Position numbers and translations under genes: made by a program. The notes below the pieces were generated by a model. That model made no database searches. It had not been told where the DNA came from and saw only the letters and a list, made by a program, of their open reading frames with translations. Below are positions 34,345 through 46,000 of a stretch of DNA of 64,000 nucleotides, piece after piece (positions within the stretch are counted from its first letter, which is position 1; each line of letters begins with the position of its first letter). The stretch is from Macrostomum lignano (Eukaryota), in the NCBI GenBank assembly GCA_002269645.1, contig NIVC01000934.1, positions 186,001 to 250,000 on the forward strand, written 5' to 3'.

Positions 34345-37121
34345 ATGGAGGCCAACTTAATAGCGGCTCTGGAGACCGGAGACAGCGAGCGACTGTTGTT
34401 CCTGTGCTGCGAAGTCGGCTCCAACATCACCCTAACTGTTGGCGGATATCGTGAAGGCAGAGTGGAGCAGACCCTGGTGCACCACATCGCATGCAGGACC
34501 AACAGTCCGCACTGCCTGGAGATCCTGATCCACCGGTTCGGACCGAGTTGCCTCACCTGCAGGAACCAGTACAACCAGATGCCCGTGCACCTGGTCGCGC
34601 TGGTCCAGGATGAGACCTGGCTGCCCATGATTCTCACTGCTGCCGGCAGAGACTGCTTCAACCAGCCCGGCCAGTTCGGCCGGACAGCTGTGCACGCGGC
34701 CGCCTCGAACGTACGGACGGGTGCGGTCTTTGACTGGCTGATCAGAACGTGCGGGCGCGACTGTCTCGCCGTTCAGGACGACTACGAAGACACTCCCGTG
34801 CACCAGGCCGCCATGAAGAGGGACTACCGGTCCATGGAGCTCATCAAGTCGCTGATCGGTCCTTCTGTCTTCTATTTCCAAGGTCGATGCCAGCGAACTG
34901 CCATCCACTGCGCCGCCATGAACAAACAGGACAACTCGAGTCTTAAGTGGCTGGTCGGTGAATGCGGCAGCGGCTGCCTGACTCTGAAGGACGGCCAGGG
35001 CAGCACGCCGCTTCACCTGGCTGCGCTCTACCAGAGGGCGGACTCGCTGCAGTTCCTCGCTGACCAGGTCGGCACGGAGGCTTTCTCAGCCAAGAACAAC
35101 AGCGGGTGGACGGTGGTGCACCTGGCTGCGCAGAATACAGTGAGCGACTCCGCTCTCGCCTGGTGCATCAGCAACTTGGGCCCGCACTGCCTGGTCGCCA
35201 GCGACTCACGTGGCCGAACACTAGCTCACCTGGCCGCTCAACACCAAAGTGTGGAATCGTTGAATCGCATTAAGGACTCGCTTGGCCCATCGGCTTTTCA
35301 GCTTCCTGACAGCGAGGGAAACTCGGCGTCCAACTACGCTAGAAGGAACAGCAGGAGTAGCCAGGTGCTCAGCTGGATGACGCAGACGCAGAATCAATTT
35401 CCAGCGCAGGAACCGTCGCTGGGATTGGATTCGAAGCTGCCAATCAGCACGTACTCCGATTCCGCCTCCCCCATGCAGAGCGGATTGGATTCGAAGCTGC
35501 CAATCAGCACGTACTCCGATTCCGCCTCCCCCATGCAGAGCGCGGCCAGCGTTGTTCAAGTGAGTAAAAATCGACGCGATGACAGCTCAGGTACAGCCGT
35601 CTCGCCGGTTTCTGGAGCTTCAGCAGCTTCTACCTCACAACCGGGACGAAGAAGCTCTCAGATGGAGCTTTCGGCCACGCGTTCGGGACGCCAAGGCTCG
35701 GAGCAGCCACCTTCGTTCTCAAATAGAACGTCATCAGAGTATTCGTACGTCTGAGAACAAATTTGAACATGCTTCAATTTTAACCATTCTACGAGCGTAC
35801 GTTACTTCCAAACTAAAAAACATCAACTTTCGCTATTTTAGGTGCCCACCGGAACTGGATCCAAGCTTTGCTAGCTGGAAATTTATTCTAGACTGTGGCA
35901 AGAAGCACCCAATCGGAAGGGGCGGCTTCGGCAAGGTGTACAAGGTGCTGACTGACAAGCTTCAGACGGTGGCCGTCAAGATTGTCAAGCTCAATGACAC
36001 CAAGAACCCCACAAAGCTTGCAAAGGCAATTGAACGCGAGAGGCTGGGCATTGAGATTCTGAAAGGCATTCGACACCTGAACATAATGCAATTTCTCAAG
36101 TATGAGCGCTCCAGCACCGGCCAGTTCTGCATCTTCACCGAGCTGATTGCCGGCCACAGCCTCCTGGACTTGATGAACCTCCAGGGCAGGCCTTTCGATG
36201 AAGAGGCAGTAAAGAAGATCTCGGTGCAGGTAAATCCCATGTTTGATTCAGATTATGTTTTATTAGAGGCTGTGTGCACCCTGGTGCACTTTAAGCGACA
36301 TTGTCACAACCGGCGAGAGGCATTACTGCTCATTCCACCGACTCCCCTGAGCAGGCACACAGGCGCAAGGATATGTACGCAGTCATACGCACAGGCACAC
36401 ACTCACACAGGAGTGTACAGCGGCCCTAACTTTAGGCATGTACACTTCACTGTGCCTTGGGGGTTGGCCTTCAGGGACGTTGATTGCACGAGCAGAGCCA
36501 AGCGAAGATTCCAATTTAGCATAAAATTAATGTGACTGCGCTTGGAATCGAGCCTGGGCCGCTGGCACATCAGAGTGCCACGCTAGACCACTAGGCCGCG
36601 GACCCCTCAGAACTCAGGTCAGAACTTCAAATATCTGGGCGGAATTCCAGGTGTGCACCGCTCTCAACTTCCTGCACAATTGGACAAGGCCAGTCGTTCA
36701 TCGGGACATCAAGTGTTCGAACATAATGCTCACTCACGAAGGCGTTGTCAAACTCATCGACTTCGGCCTGGCAAAGCAGATCGTCTCAACATTCATGGAG
36801 GTGAGCACCGATCACCTGGGAGGCACCTGGTACTACATGGCTCCCGAGCTGTTCAGGGACGACGGCCGAATCACCTACTCGCCAAAGACTGACGTCTGGG
36901 CGTTCGGCTGCGCAGTGTTCGAGATGCTGGAGATGAAGCCGCCAAACGGAGAAGTGTGCGTGCACCTCATTCCAGTTCGAATTTGTCATAGAGAGATGCC
37001 GGAGCTCCCGGCTCGAACCTCCAGCAGTCTGAAGGACTTCTACCGCCGGTGCGTGGAGCGAGACGCCGCAATGAGAGCGGACACGGCAGATCTGCTGCGT
37101 CACGGCTTCCTGGCAGACTGA
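34345..37121 (+). CDS. Ankyrin-repeat plus Ser/Thr kinase (STE/MAP3K-like), ~752 aa; exons 34345-35744, 35842-36229, 36651-37121
   Basis: Eight ankyrin repeats (TPLHLAA type); kinase motifs GRGGFGKVY, VAVK, HRDIKCSN, DFG, APE, DVWAFG. Splice phases are consistent (phase 2, phase 0); the first donor GTACGT is inferred. Confidence 0.85.
36255..36604 (-). mobile_element. tRNA-derived SINE-like element in kinase intron 2
   Basis: tRNA-Gln(CTG)-like head at 36604-36533 with A box (GGCCTAGTGG) and B box (GGCTCGATTCC), ~280-bp body, AATAAAACATAAT tail; no clear TSD. Confidence 0.6.
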
Positions 37122-38575
37122 TTGCAGTTGGGACCTGCCGTACATCACTGAGTTTAATCAGACAATAATTTCAGCTTTACAAGCTATTTCTTTCACTTAC
37201 TGCACTTAAACAATATTTATTCAGGAATAGGTGGAGCCCGGCTTCATTTGCTAAGCACAGTTGCTTCAGTGTGACAAAAAAAATTGTCTCGCATTGCTTT
37301 ACCCAAGTCTGAACTCTCTGTTGTATTGCACATAAATACAATAATGCTATAATTGCTAAATACGTTCGGAAATAAAATTACAGGGTCGGTAAACTCAGCC
37401 CGCGGGACACATAACGGGTCGTGAAGCCTCCCTATCCGGCTCTTGGGTCCTTTGAAACTCCACAATAGCAATCCATCTGCTCTCAGATAGGTGGCACTTC
37501 TCGTACTTCTGGTGCTCCCGGTACTCATGTTAAAGCGGCATTTTATAGCTCAAAAGATACCAACGCAAAATTTCGCACACACAGAGCCCTTGGTTGTGAG
37601 TGTTTTTGTTTCGTTTAAAAGTTTATTTGATTAATTTGTTGCATTTTGCATTGTGCATAAATAGTGATGATCTACGCTCGTATATTGTTTTTTAGCAACT
37701 TTACTTAAGGGAAAACTGTTGGTTGTCACGACTAGTCAATAACATTCGGGGATTTCGAATTTGGGTTGGGATCTCCCCCGAGCACTGCTACTCGTATAGG
37801 ACAGGTAAAAGTGGACAACTGATAAATTTAGGGTTTGCATGAAGTGGTGTTTAACAAAACACTGACATTCACTGAGATTTAAAAGCTATGTTTGAGATGG
37901 TGAAAGCCGTTGCAGATGGGGTTTTTACCGCTTCTAATACCTAAAATGCTTACTATCTATAAATAAAACTATGGAATTACCGTTGGTACAGTGTGCCCCT
38001 GGTAGCTCCAGTGCCCGAGCTGCAAGACACTGTTGGCTACTGATTCTAAGCCCAAAACGTCATTATTAATGATCGAGAGAGGAATCCTGGATTCCTTCAC
38101 GGATTTACTGTCTATCACGACTCACTGACGCATCACGTTTATATGTCTAGGCATCACATCTTAATTTCCCCTGGGACTTCCCCCCTTTTTCTTTGGTCTC
38201 GACTGTTTGGGGACTGGCACTTGGCAATTTGCCCTTCCGCTTCCCACTGCAACACGCTTCATTCAGTCAAACACTGTTGAGACTGCTCCTCGACAAATGA
38301 CTAAGAGAAAGCAAGGCTAAGAATTGATTAAAACGAGAACAAAAGAAAAGCAGGTTAACATTTTTTGGTCCTCGCGCTCCACTGCCGGTATACTCATACC
38401 ATTTTAAATGTATTTCCACTGGTTCGCGTTTAGTGCAATAACGTATGACATATTAAAAAAAAATTTACAGCATAACAAAGTGAGAAGTTTTTGGCCGGAA
38501 TTAATTAGCAGAATATCAGTATTTTTGTCAGCCAGGTATATAAACTTTGCTAAAAGTTCAGAGATCTGCCACACC

Positions 38576-39709
38576 TCAGATGCTAAGCAGAAAAGCCAAC
38601 AGAGCGCACAGAAAGTCGATCATAGACAGAAGGATGAGACAGAAGTGCAGGACTCGCCCCGGCCTCGACAGCAGGACATTGTCACCAGGATTCCCTATGA
38701 AATCCCGCACCACTCCAGCGGTGCTGAAGCCACGGAGGTCGCTGCAGCAGCCACAGAAGGAGAACGGAACGCGGAACAGAAAGGCGAATATGGCGAGCAA
38801 AAGTGCGCAGGCGGATGGAAGCAGCAGCTTGATGAGGCTTCCTAGCGGAAGAAATTTCCTGAAGGCGTAGATATACCGAGCTCTGAGAGCGTTCAGTGGG
38901 ATATTGTGCAGCAGCGAGATGAGCAGGCTGAGCAGCAGGGCGCTGCGACCGGCCCAGATTCCCTTACTGTTGATCGGAGGGTCGCTTTTGCTGGGGCCGG
39001 CCTGGGCTCCCCCGCCGTAGGTCGCAGGGTCACTTTTGCTGGGGCTGGCCTGGGCTCCCCCGCCGTCGGTCGCAGGGTCGCTTTTGCTGGGGCCGGCCTG
39101 GGCTCCCCCGCCGTCGGTCGCAGGGTCGCTTTTGCTGGGGCCGGCCTGGGCTCCCCCGCCGTCGGTCACAGGGTCGCTTTTGCTGGGGCCGGCCTGGGCT
39201 CCCCCGCCGTCGGTCGCAGGGTCGCTTTTGCTGGGGCCGGCCTGGGCTCCCCCGCCGTCGGTCGCAGGGTCGCTTTCGTCTGAAAATTTAATGCTTCAGA
39301 GTAGTAAAAGAATTTAGTGTAACAAAGCTTTAATTAAAGGCAGCTAACCTTCCTCGCGAACGGTAGTCACACAGCAGCAGGAGGTGCTGAATACAATCAG
39401 TACGCCTAGGAGCAGAATGCCAGCAATCACTACAAACAGAATGTACAGGGGCAACAGATAAATGATATGAGCGGTGCAGTCTACGCCAGTGCAGGAGCAG
39501 TAAGACGTCAGCTGCTCAGGACACGTTACGTTAAAGGTCAACGTCTGTAGCTCTGAGGCAGCAGTGCAATCTAGCACGACCTGCAACAGGTACAAAATCA
39601 TGACACCTGGAAGGATCAGCCAGCTGCCCAATCGTTTTTGAAAGGATTCAGCGTTGCGGCCTTCAATGGCAGCATCGATTGCTTCAGGTATTTTGGCTGC
39701 CACTTCCAT
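38576..39709 (-). CDS. ~5-TM membrane protein, paralog C (354 aa; exons 39709-39349, 39279-38576) with six 16-aa loop repeats
   Basis: 69-bp phase-1 GT-AG intron; open frame; close homolog of A and B. Confidence 0.82.
38990..39279 (-). repeat. Coding VNTR, 6 x 48 bp (SDPATDGGGAQAGPSK)
   Basis: Units anchored at 39001, 39049, 39097, 39145, 39193, 39241. Confidence 0.95.
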
Positions 39710-40267
39710 GATTAATTGAATTTCTATTGCAGAGATACCTGAACTGTAGTTAAATAAATTCACTGACGAGTTTTCAGTCAGTTCCCAGATAGTCCAACCC
39801 GTTCCCTTTATAGATATCAGAGCTTGGGGGTGGTGCATGCAAGTCGATACAGGTATTTTTAGGCGTTACGTTTTGTTGGCTGGCAAACACGGAACTTCGT
39901 GTGCATCACTTTCGCGAAATCTCAGAAAGAACTCTCTGTTGCATTGTACATAAAAACAATAAAGGAAAAAAGCGCTATAGCGGTTCAGAACAAAATAAGC
40001 GGACTTGACTGCTCTTTTGGAAGCATTTGCTACTGTGTACGGCTCTCGGACTGCTCAGTGCGAGCTCAATATAGATGCTGAGCTGTGATGTGCATGCAAG
40101 CAAGCTGTGCGCGTGTCGAGATTTCTGTAATAACCTAACTTTTTACCTCGATGTGGGACTAAAATTGCTTGCACAGAGAAGCTACCTGAAAGGCCATTTT
40201 ACCATTAAGCAACAGTTTTGAAGGCCCAGTAGTTTAGCTCACCTGGCCTTCAGTTCGACGCTTAGCG

Positions 40268-40920
40268 CTCCTGACACTTGGGGGCTCCTGACACTTGGGG
40301 GCTCCTGACACCTGGGGGCTCCTGACATCTGGGGGCTCCTGACACCTGGGGGCTCCTGACATCTGGGGGCTCCTGACACCTGGGGGCTCCTGACATCTGG
40401 GGGCTCCTGACACCTGGGGGCTCCTGACATCAGGGGGCTCCTGACACCTGGGGGCTCCTGACACCTGGGGGCTCCTGACACCTGGGGGCTCCTGACACCT
40501 GGGGCTCCTGACACCTGGGGGCTCCTGACATCTGGGGCTCCTGACACCTGGGGGCTCCTGACATCTGGGGGCTCCTGACACCTGGGGGCTCCTGACATCT
40601 GGGGGCTCCTGACACCTGGGGGCTCCTGACATCAGGGGGCTCCTGACACCTGGGGGCTCCTGACACCTGGGGGCTCCTGACACCTGGGGGCTCCTGACAT
40701 CTGGGGGCTCCTGACACCTGGGGGCTCCTGACATCTGGGGGCTCCTGACATCTGGGGGCTCCTGACACCTGGGGGCTCCTGACATCAGGGGGCTCCTGAC
40801 ACCTGGGGCTCCTGACACCTGGGGCTCCTGACACCTGGGGGCTCCTGACACTTGGGGGCTCCTGACACTTGGGGGCTCCTGACATCTGGGGGCTTCTGAC
40901 ACCTAGAAGATTTCTGACAT
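40268..40920. repeat. Minisatellite, 17-bp unit (GGGGGCTCCTGACA(C/T)CT)
   Basis: About 38 units. Confidence 0.97.
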
Positions 40921-41296
40921 CCAAACTGTGGCATCTCGCAAATTTAGTCAGCCCAAAAATAATAAAATAATTTAGAAAAAAACTGTTTGCCAGGCCGTGA
41001 CAAAATTATTTTAGTTAGTCATCAAACTAGTTCTATATGGTACGCTCATTAAAAATAGTTCGTTCAAGAAGATAAAATATTTCTGGAAAGATACTCATAG
41101 GGTTGCAAAAAACAGGAAAAATGCTATTAAACCTGTTGACATCTTACAGAGTGCTGTTTCATGCTCTTGCAATAGGGACACTCGGACACAGAAATTGTTT
41201 TCTGATGTATCAAACTGCCGCAGATGCCACTGTAATGGTAAAGCCTGCAGCGGTGGAAGCTGACCAGTTGTGTGGTGTAGCATTGGGCTGAGCTAG

Positions 41297-41716
41297 GAGA
41301 GGAGAGGAGAGGAGAGGAGAGGAGAGGAGAGGAGAGGAGAGGAGAGGAGAGGAGAGGAGAGGAGAGGAGAGGAGAGGAGAGGAGAGGAGAGGAGAGGAGA
41401 GGAGAGGAGAGGAGAGGAGAGGAGAGGAGAGTAGAGGAGAGGAGAGGATGAGAGGAGAGGAGAGGAGAGGAGAGGAGAGAGAGGAGAGGAGAGGAGAGGA
41501 GAGGAGAGGAGAGGAGAGGAGAGGAGAGGAGAGGAGAGGAGAGGAGAGGAGAGGAGAGGAGAGGAGAGGAGGAGAGTAGAGGAGAGGAGAGGAGATGAGA
41601 GGAGAGGAGAGGAGAGGAGAGGAGAGGAGAGGAGAGGAGAGGAGAGGAGAGGAGAGGAGAGGAGAGGAGAGGAGAGGAGAGGAGAGGAGAGGAGAGGAGA
41701 GGATAGGAGAGGAGAA
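41297..41716. repeat. (GGAGA)n microsatellite
   Basis: Visible. Confidence 0.99.
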
Positions 41717-41867
41717 AGACAGGTGCAAAAGGACGAGAAATCAAGAAAATGAAATACCATGAGTTAAGCAGTTTGTCGTTTATAGCAGTTAATTTTGCCA
41801 GTCATATTCTAAGTCAATAACAAGCATCCTATACAGCACTGTTCAATAAGAAATCAACACTGAGTTC

Positions 41868-43023
41868 TCATAGAAGCAGGGCCAAAAAAGCGACAACAAT
41901 TTCAACCAGCATCAGCACGAACAGGAAGTAGTGTACAACCAGCCACGGTTTTTTCCTGTCTGCACTGCTCGCTGCGACCGACGCCACTGAAATGCTGCTC
42001 CAATCCCAGCGGTCGCAGCTGCCACAGAAGGAGAGCGGAATCCGGAATATGAAGGAGAAGCAGGCGAACAGGATGCTGCTCACCGATGGCAGCACCAGCT
42101 TCGCCAGGCTGCCCTGCGGCAGGTGCCTTCTGAATGTGCCGAGATACTCAGCTCGGATTGAGTTCAGCGGGATGATATGCAGCAGCGAGATGAGCATACT
42201 GAGCAGCAGGGCTGCGCGGTTCAGCCTCATCCATTTGACTCTCGCGTAGCCAGGAATCTCTGGATGGGGGAATGGTTATGTATGGAATGCGTTTAGAGGG
42301 CGCTGTGATCCTTTATCAGCTGCTGACTCTGGACTCAGTGACTTTTTGGTTTAGCAGCGGGATAGAGCTCAGTTTGAGCTTAGTAGGGAAGGTAGATACG
42401 AGATCCCACCTTGGGTGGCAGCGGGATAGAGCTCAGTTTGAGTAATAGGGAAGGCAGATACGAGATCTCACCTTGGGTGGCAGCTTCCGTGTTCGATCCC
42501 GTCCAATTTGGATTAATGTCTGAAATTGATGAATTTTTTCTCTATCAATGATGCCATGCTTAGAGGGTTTAAGGATGCTGGCAATGATGCTCGTGAGCTC
42601 GTAATTGAATTCATGGAGACATTGTCTGCCTCAGTTGAAAGTTGGCTCACCTCGATACTCGGAGCTGCAGCAGGATATAATAAAGATGACAAGCAAACAG
42701 AACAGGACCAGGGAGGACATCACCAGGAAGAAGACATAGATCGGGCGCAGGTGGTTGATGCTGGCAATGCATTTTCCGTTCTCGCAGCTGCAATATCGCA
42801 AAAGGTCTTCGGGACAGGTGGTCGAATTGAATGGAAGAATTTCTGTGTAGCAAATGCAGTCTAGCACGAACTGCAACATGTAGATGATGACAATGCCGGG
42901 CAGGAAGAACCACTTGAATAAGCAGTTGCACCGCGTTTGGCAGTCGGAGTCGGGCTCCCTCGAATTGCGATGCTCCTCAGTGGCAGTTTCTATGGCCGTG
43001 GGAATCTTCACTACAATCTCCAT
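41868..43023 (-). CDS. ~5-TM membrane protein, divergent paralog D (~270 aa; exons 43023-42651, 42519-42472, 42259-41868)
   Basis: Same Cys pattern and TM layout as A-C; phase-1 GT-AG junctions give an 813-nt frame; the 48-bp middle exon is inferred. Confidence 0.72.
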
Positions 43024-46000
43024 GTCAGTTTCTAATTGCACCTGTGCTTAACTCAGTTATCGAGTCAATATTTCTCTGTGCTGCCTTTATAAACTGTAGA
43101 CAGCAAGAGCACAATGCTATTGAATTATTTTTAAAACTGACTAGCAGTCTACAACCTTGATATAAAGTGACAATGTGTTTCCTTGAGGCATTGCAAATTC
43201 TATTGAAGTTTTTCCATTCTTGTGGTGTGACATCAAGGACGGAAAAAATTAGTTGTCCGCTTACTGACGAAATTTTTAGCGAATTCGTTGCGCACTTTGT
43301 GGAGGAGTGGCAGAGAAGATTCCTTGCTAAGGGGTGACAGAAATTTGAGCTTTGCTGAGTACGCCGCTCAGTGGTCATTGGGAAACCCCAATAATAAAGC
43401 ATACTCTCCGAACTTTTCATATGACATATACCCCTGATAAATTAAATCGCAGGAGGCGACATCGTCCGACAACCAGAGCTGATGCAATTTTGCCTATTCC
43501 GCCGACTCCGGAGCGACATACGGACTCGCGGATATTGTACGCAGACACGCACTCATACATGTACATACGCTTCACGAACCGCTAGTATGGAGTAGTCCAT
43601 TCAGTTTTCTTAGTTAATTTCATGCAAGCAGAGCTGTGCTGTGATGTACGCTCGTTTAATTGCTAGCCAGGGCGAGAATGGCAAAGACTATTGAACTGTA
43701 CAGTAAATGCAAGTGCAGAAGACAGAGACAGAAGTTTTAGTGTGGCAGCTGAGAAAAGAACAATAATGTTGAAAATAGCACAATGCAATCATGAGGTTTG
43801 GCTGCATTGCTTGTTTTGTCGCATCTTTCGATGCAGGCTGCAGCAGGCATACGAGCTGTACGTTCTTTATTGCTTTTAATGAATCCTCGAAAGGCTTAGA
43901 GAGAGCGAGAGACCTAGCTGCAGCTTCTCAGATCATTTGCATATTTATAAATGATAGCAGCTATGTACACTACGAGCACAATATACATGTACAAGCAAAT
44001 TCCTATCGATACATATACATATGCAGTGTATACAGGAGGGATGTACGGGAAGCCTCTCTAGGTGGTGGAGAGCTCTGCGGTTTCTGAACTACTTAATACA
44101 TGATGTACATGTACTTGTTTGAGCATATATTTAGTCTATTAATTTGTTAATCAGATAGATGTTATTTGAGTAGTAGAAGTCTACCTTACTGATTTCTCTT
44201 TAAGAGTTTCTCTCGTCTCTTGGCATTTTGCCGGCCATGCTGCCCTAGTGCTGGCCAGGTTTAGTTTCATTTTTTAACAACTGTCAGTTTTTAGTGTCCA
44301 TTCAATGCCATAGGACCAAATCACAAAGAAATGTTTTTGAAACGTCTTCCTTGCCTATATATATTTACGTTTAAACAGCCTGCTTCTCCCAATCAAATGC
44401 TACATTTTGTTAATATTTAACAAATGATTTCAAAAGTTCAAAAAGACTGAATAAAGAAATTAACTACTATTAGAGTGTCCAGTAAAAGTAAGCAATCTTG
44501 CATTCTTTTCATTTAATAATAATGATACATCGGCAAATGGCTTATGCGTGACGCTTGTGGCACATGAGATGATAATCGTTAAAATACGTAGAACGCTCTA
44601 TATCAGTAAAAAACGCATCGCATACATAGAAAATATATGGGCACTGGCGGATACAAAAATTTGAATCCAAAATCCAAAATCCAAAAAAGTAGAAAAGTAA
44701 GGGATGGAACCAACTTTTTGGGTTGGACCTAAATAAGCCCCAAAGCCCAAAATTACAATACCCCTTATATGCAAGTTCAGCCACTGCAAAAGAGGGGGCG
44801 GTGGCCACAACCTTTTCAACCTTCTGTTATGTTGAGAAATTGGCAATTGAAGAGTGAGTGCAAAAAAGAAAATTTTCAACTAGAGTCTAGCAAGAAATAA
44901 TGATCAAGAAGAATATGCTGAACAAATATTTCCTAATAATATTTCCTAATTTTTCCTAATTTTTCCTAATATTATTATTTGTTTATAGTGGATTTCTAAC
45001 TTCTATTATATTTCATTTTCATAGAAAATTCTTTTTTGTTCTTTAAACCATGTTTTTAGGTCTAGTTTGTTATAATGATTTTATAACAGGTAGGTAGGTG
45101 GGACCAATTTTTTTTTCTAAGTCCCAATCAATATATGCATCTGGTATACAAATTTTAGGCCTAGTGAATAAAAAATGCAAATAAATTTTAGAGTAGGCCT
45201 ACACTATAGATAAATTTAACCTAAAAATTATAATGTTATTTGGCTAGCATTTTTAGATAAAATTACAAGATAGAATTTATCCTATATGTAATCATTATTA
45301 AAAAAGTCAATAATAATAATTTATATTTCTTAAGATTATTATAATGAAAACTAATTGCTAAAAATAAGGTAATAATTTTAATTTACTTACAAAGTCAAAT
45401 TACCTTCTTTGGATAGGCCTAAATTTTGGTATATATAGGGGTCCCAATCCTGGGATCCTAGCTTTTTGTTAGTGTTCGGGATCCTGGGTTTGGGATCCCA
45501 ATAAACATGGGATTGGAATTTACACTTTATAAAAGTAAATATTTTTCATCTTGCAGTTAGCACTTTACAGTTTTGAGAGAATTTTTGTATCCTGAGAATG
45601 AAGTTATAGAATGAAAGACAGTAGGACTATAAATCAACTATATCAAGCACTACTAGTCACTAGACTAAAGGGGCTGATTCTAATCTAGACTCTAATTGTC
45701 TAAGTGGCAATGGCCTAGACACTGGGCTTACTAGCCTGGACCCTGCTGAAGTGCGCAGGCACAGTTAAGGAAAGGAAAGTGAAAAAGGAGGGTGGGGTAT
45801 ACTGGTATAGACTGGGTTCTGAGTCTGAGTCTTTATATATATATAAAGTGGTCTATATTAGGGGCAGAAAGAGGCATTAGTGCAGTATATATAGTGTTAA
45901 TCCAAGGGAAGAGGGTGTAGTTTAGTATGTATCTACAACTAACAACTAACTTCAACTATTTTATCAATACAGTTCTTATATAAGCTAGAAATAGAAAGTA

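Noticed and set aside
35560-35565. Strong GTGAGT donor ending kinase exon 1 earlier
   Set aside because: It is phase 0 and incompatible with the phase-2 acceptor at 35841; the frame stays open to the GTACGT donor at 35745. An alternative isoform cannot be excluded.
37901-38261. Imperfect ~20-bp inverted repeats as a MITE or solo LTR in unit 3
   Set aside because: The sequence is extra relative to units 1 and 2, but there is no TSD and the termini are ambiguous, so it cannot be classified.
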